The translations under genes and the position numbers were made by a program. Source: Mytilus californianus (taxonomy: Eukaryota). Taken from it: DNA of 64,000 nt. The notes beneath the pieces are model-generated. The model was not told the DNA's origin, did not search any database, and worked only from the letters and a program-made list of their open reading frames with translations. Positions 61,850 to 64,000 of the stretch are shown in pieces. The stretch lies in contig NW_026262701.1 of assembly GCF_021869535.1 (NCBI RefSeq), forward strand, positions 28,086,001 to 28,150,000. Direction: 5' to 3'. How positions within the stretch are numbered: position 1 is the first letter of the stretch; every line of letters starts with the position of its first letter.

Positions 61850-62990
61850 AAGTTTGGTGACTATGTTGAACGCATCTATCCAACCGAACTTGAGAAATAA
61901 AGGATATAACAGATACAGTTAAATCTGTCTCACATCTTGACTTACATTAAATAAACTCATCATAGATACCAGGATTGAAATTTTGTACGTCAGACGTGCG
62001 TTTCGTCTAAAAAGACTCATCAGTGACGCTTGAATAAAAACATATTAAGATATTGACAATAAGAGTCGGTTGAGAACAAAACTTTACGACAATAGAGATG
62101 ATTTCAGCTTTCCAATTGTGAACTGCCAATTTCGATGTAGCAACATTGTAGTAGAACCTGCATATGGAGTATACATCTACCAGTCGATACAAATATCCAG
62201 AGCCTGTCTTTCCTATCATGATTTCCTAGATAGAGGATTGCTGCTTACAAGGAAGCTATTAAATTTAAACGACAGTAGTTTACCGAATTTCAAATCTCGA
62301 AATCTTTAAGGAAGAGACAAATCAGGGTAACAAACAAAAAGAGAGGGAATCACATGAACTCCAAAAGGAGCAAAAACGGGTTCGTCAACAGGGTACGCGT
62401 CTCTTGCTATGCATGTATCAACCGCCATGCGAATTCACACTCGGTGAAAATGTCACAATCGGTAACAAATCAGTGAAATAACAGATCAGACGATCATATT
62501 GGTATTCTAAAGATCAATTTCAGTCGGTCTGTGTTCTTCCTAATAACTCTGTTGGAGTAGTTTATGTGTTTTGACCCAAACATTTTAAGAAGTGAAGTTG
62601 AAGTCCTCCTTTCGAAAATATTATGGACTAAATCACGAGTTCGTTGACTGTTATGGAATATATGTTTCGCAGATGACGACGGATATGTTCCAATTGTCGT
62701 TATCACAATCCCGTCCTCTTTTCCTCGAATTTGACATCACCGAGTTTGTACTTCTATGAGCAACACGACTAGTGCCACATGTAAAGCAAGATTTGGTTTA
62801 CCTTCCCGGACACCGATGACCACCCACATTTGTTTGTTTGGTTCGTATCAGTCTTAATTTGTCCAAGTTGTGTTTTGTATACTGTTGTTTGTCTTTTGTT
62901 TGTTTTTTCGTTTTTACTATGGCGTTGTCAGTTTGTAATCGACTTTTGAATTTGAATATCTCTTTGGAATCTTCCGCTTCTGTTTTGGAA
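61850..62990 (+). mobile_element. PLE RT C-terminal region plus tail, with two nested insertions
   Basis: ERIYPTELE..DLH | KLYDNRDDFSFPIVN..AYGVYI..DFLDRGLLLTRKLLN | VKLKSSFRKYYG..VSQMTTDMF. Confidence 0.85.
61987..62029 (-). ncRNA. Minimal type-I hammerhead ribozyme with intact catalytic core (retrozyme fragment ~61950-62045)
   Basis: GCGUCA-CUGAUGA-GUCU/UUUU/AGAC-GAAA-CGCAC-GUC|-UGACGU: helix I has 5 Watson-Crick pairs plus 1 GU, helix II has 4 bp, all core nucleotides canonical. Confidence 0.8.
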
Positions 62991-63764
62991 TATTTTTGTG
63001 TCCTTCTCTTTTGAATGTCAAAGCACCTTCTGCTTATTTTTTACATGCTTCTCTATAATTTTGCTGTCTGATAATTATTGAACTCTTTTTCGGTGTAATA
63101 GCTCTCTATGATCGTTCTGTTTTCAGATAAGAGACTAAATCAATGAAAGGAACCAGTCTTTCAACAAAACTGTACAGAAATTTAAGGTTTTGTTCAAACT
63201 TTTTTTGTTAAAATTCTTAAAATTGTAAGTTTTTAAGCAGGTTTGAGATGCATCCATCCTGTCTTGATTTATTGTCGCCTGTGATAAATCATGTCTTACC
63301 GTTGTTTTAATTCAAGTGATAATTCAAGAAAGAAAAAATAAATGAACGAGACGTGTGGTAGTTCCTTGTAACGAGACTCCATTTATAGAAGCAAAAAATC
63401 CCTGGATGTTAGACTTCTCTACCTTGAAAAAACTAACGGATCTTGTTGAAATGGATTTTTCTTGAAAATTTCAACGACAATGAACAAACCGGCGTGTTTG
63501 AAAACGTAATTGTGCAAGAATAAGTAGATATCAGGAATCATGCTAAGAACTATGTGGAACACTAGGAAAATCGTGTATGGAAAGCGCTTAAGATTGTGTA
63601 TGTACAACATTTGTCTTTCAAGTTTTTAGAAACAATATAGACTACAGATATGTTTTTAAATATCAGTAACAAAAGCTTAAAAGCAATTCTTTCTATAAAT
63701 AATAGATAATATGTATTTGCATGTTTATCTCAAATAACACATACATAGATATGTAGATAATTAG

Positions 63765-63975
63765 AGGCTCTGAGGAGCAGTATTTGCTTACCCTTCCGAA
63801 GCACCAGATTTCCACCCGGTGTTTTTGGGGGTACATGTTGCTTAGTCTTTAGTGTTCTATGATGTGTTTTGTATACTGTGTGTCTTTTGATCGTTTTTCA
63901 TTTTTTTGCGTGGCATTGTCAGTTTGTTTTAGACTTGTGAGTTTGAATATCCTTTTGGTCCCTTCTCCACTTTTT
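63765..63975 (+). repeat. PLE 3' tail fragment
   Basis: GAGCAGTATTTGCTTACCCTTCCGAAGCACC..GTTGCTTAGTCTTTAG, same family as 8696-9045. Confidence 0.65.
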
Positions 63976-64000
63976 CATGACTAAAATCTCTTTTCTGTTG

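Noticed and set aside
381-63610. Remaining 60-120 aa ORFs in the track (e.g. 6492, 12367, 20101, 29916-, 36841+, 45-48 kb, 60 kb)
   Set aside because: They are low-complexity F/L/I/K-rich frames expected by chance in AT-rich DNA, antisense shadows of real exons or LINE sequence, or frames within repeats.

Overview
AT-rich eukaryotic DNA with no prokaryotic gene organisation. The repeat families look like those of a mytilid bivalve (Mytilus-like; this is an inference). The first ~36 kb holds no intact host gene. It contains a foldback inverted duplication of a degenerate DDE transposase, Helentron-associated (HINE-like) elements, many Penelope-like element (PLE) fragments, two LINE remnants (one with a 40-bp target-site duplication), a 5.5-kb 40-bp satellite with higher-order structure, minisatellites, tRNA-derived SINEs and a RING-finger gene remnant. 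The second half has two head-to-head SLC10 (Na+/bile-acid cotransporter family) paralogues with identical 3-exon architecture. The - strand gene (43814->36831, ~531 aa) is intact. The + strand gene (52838->59079) carries two in-frame stops and an 18-nt deletion but no frameshift. The most notable non-coding signal is a set of minimal type-I hammerhead ribozyme motifs. One has an intact core (61987-62029, - strand), several are degenerate retrozyme-like copies of two types, and two weak motifs lie downstream of PLE GIY-YIG remnants. All calls are by eye; repeat boundaries are approximate (tens of bp) unless a TSD or splice site is given.
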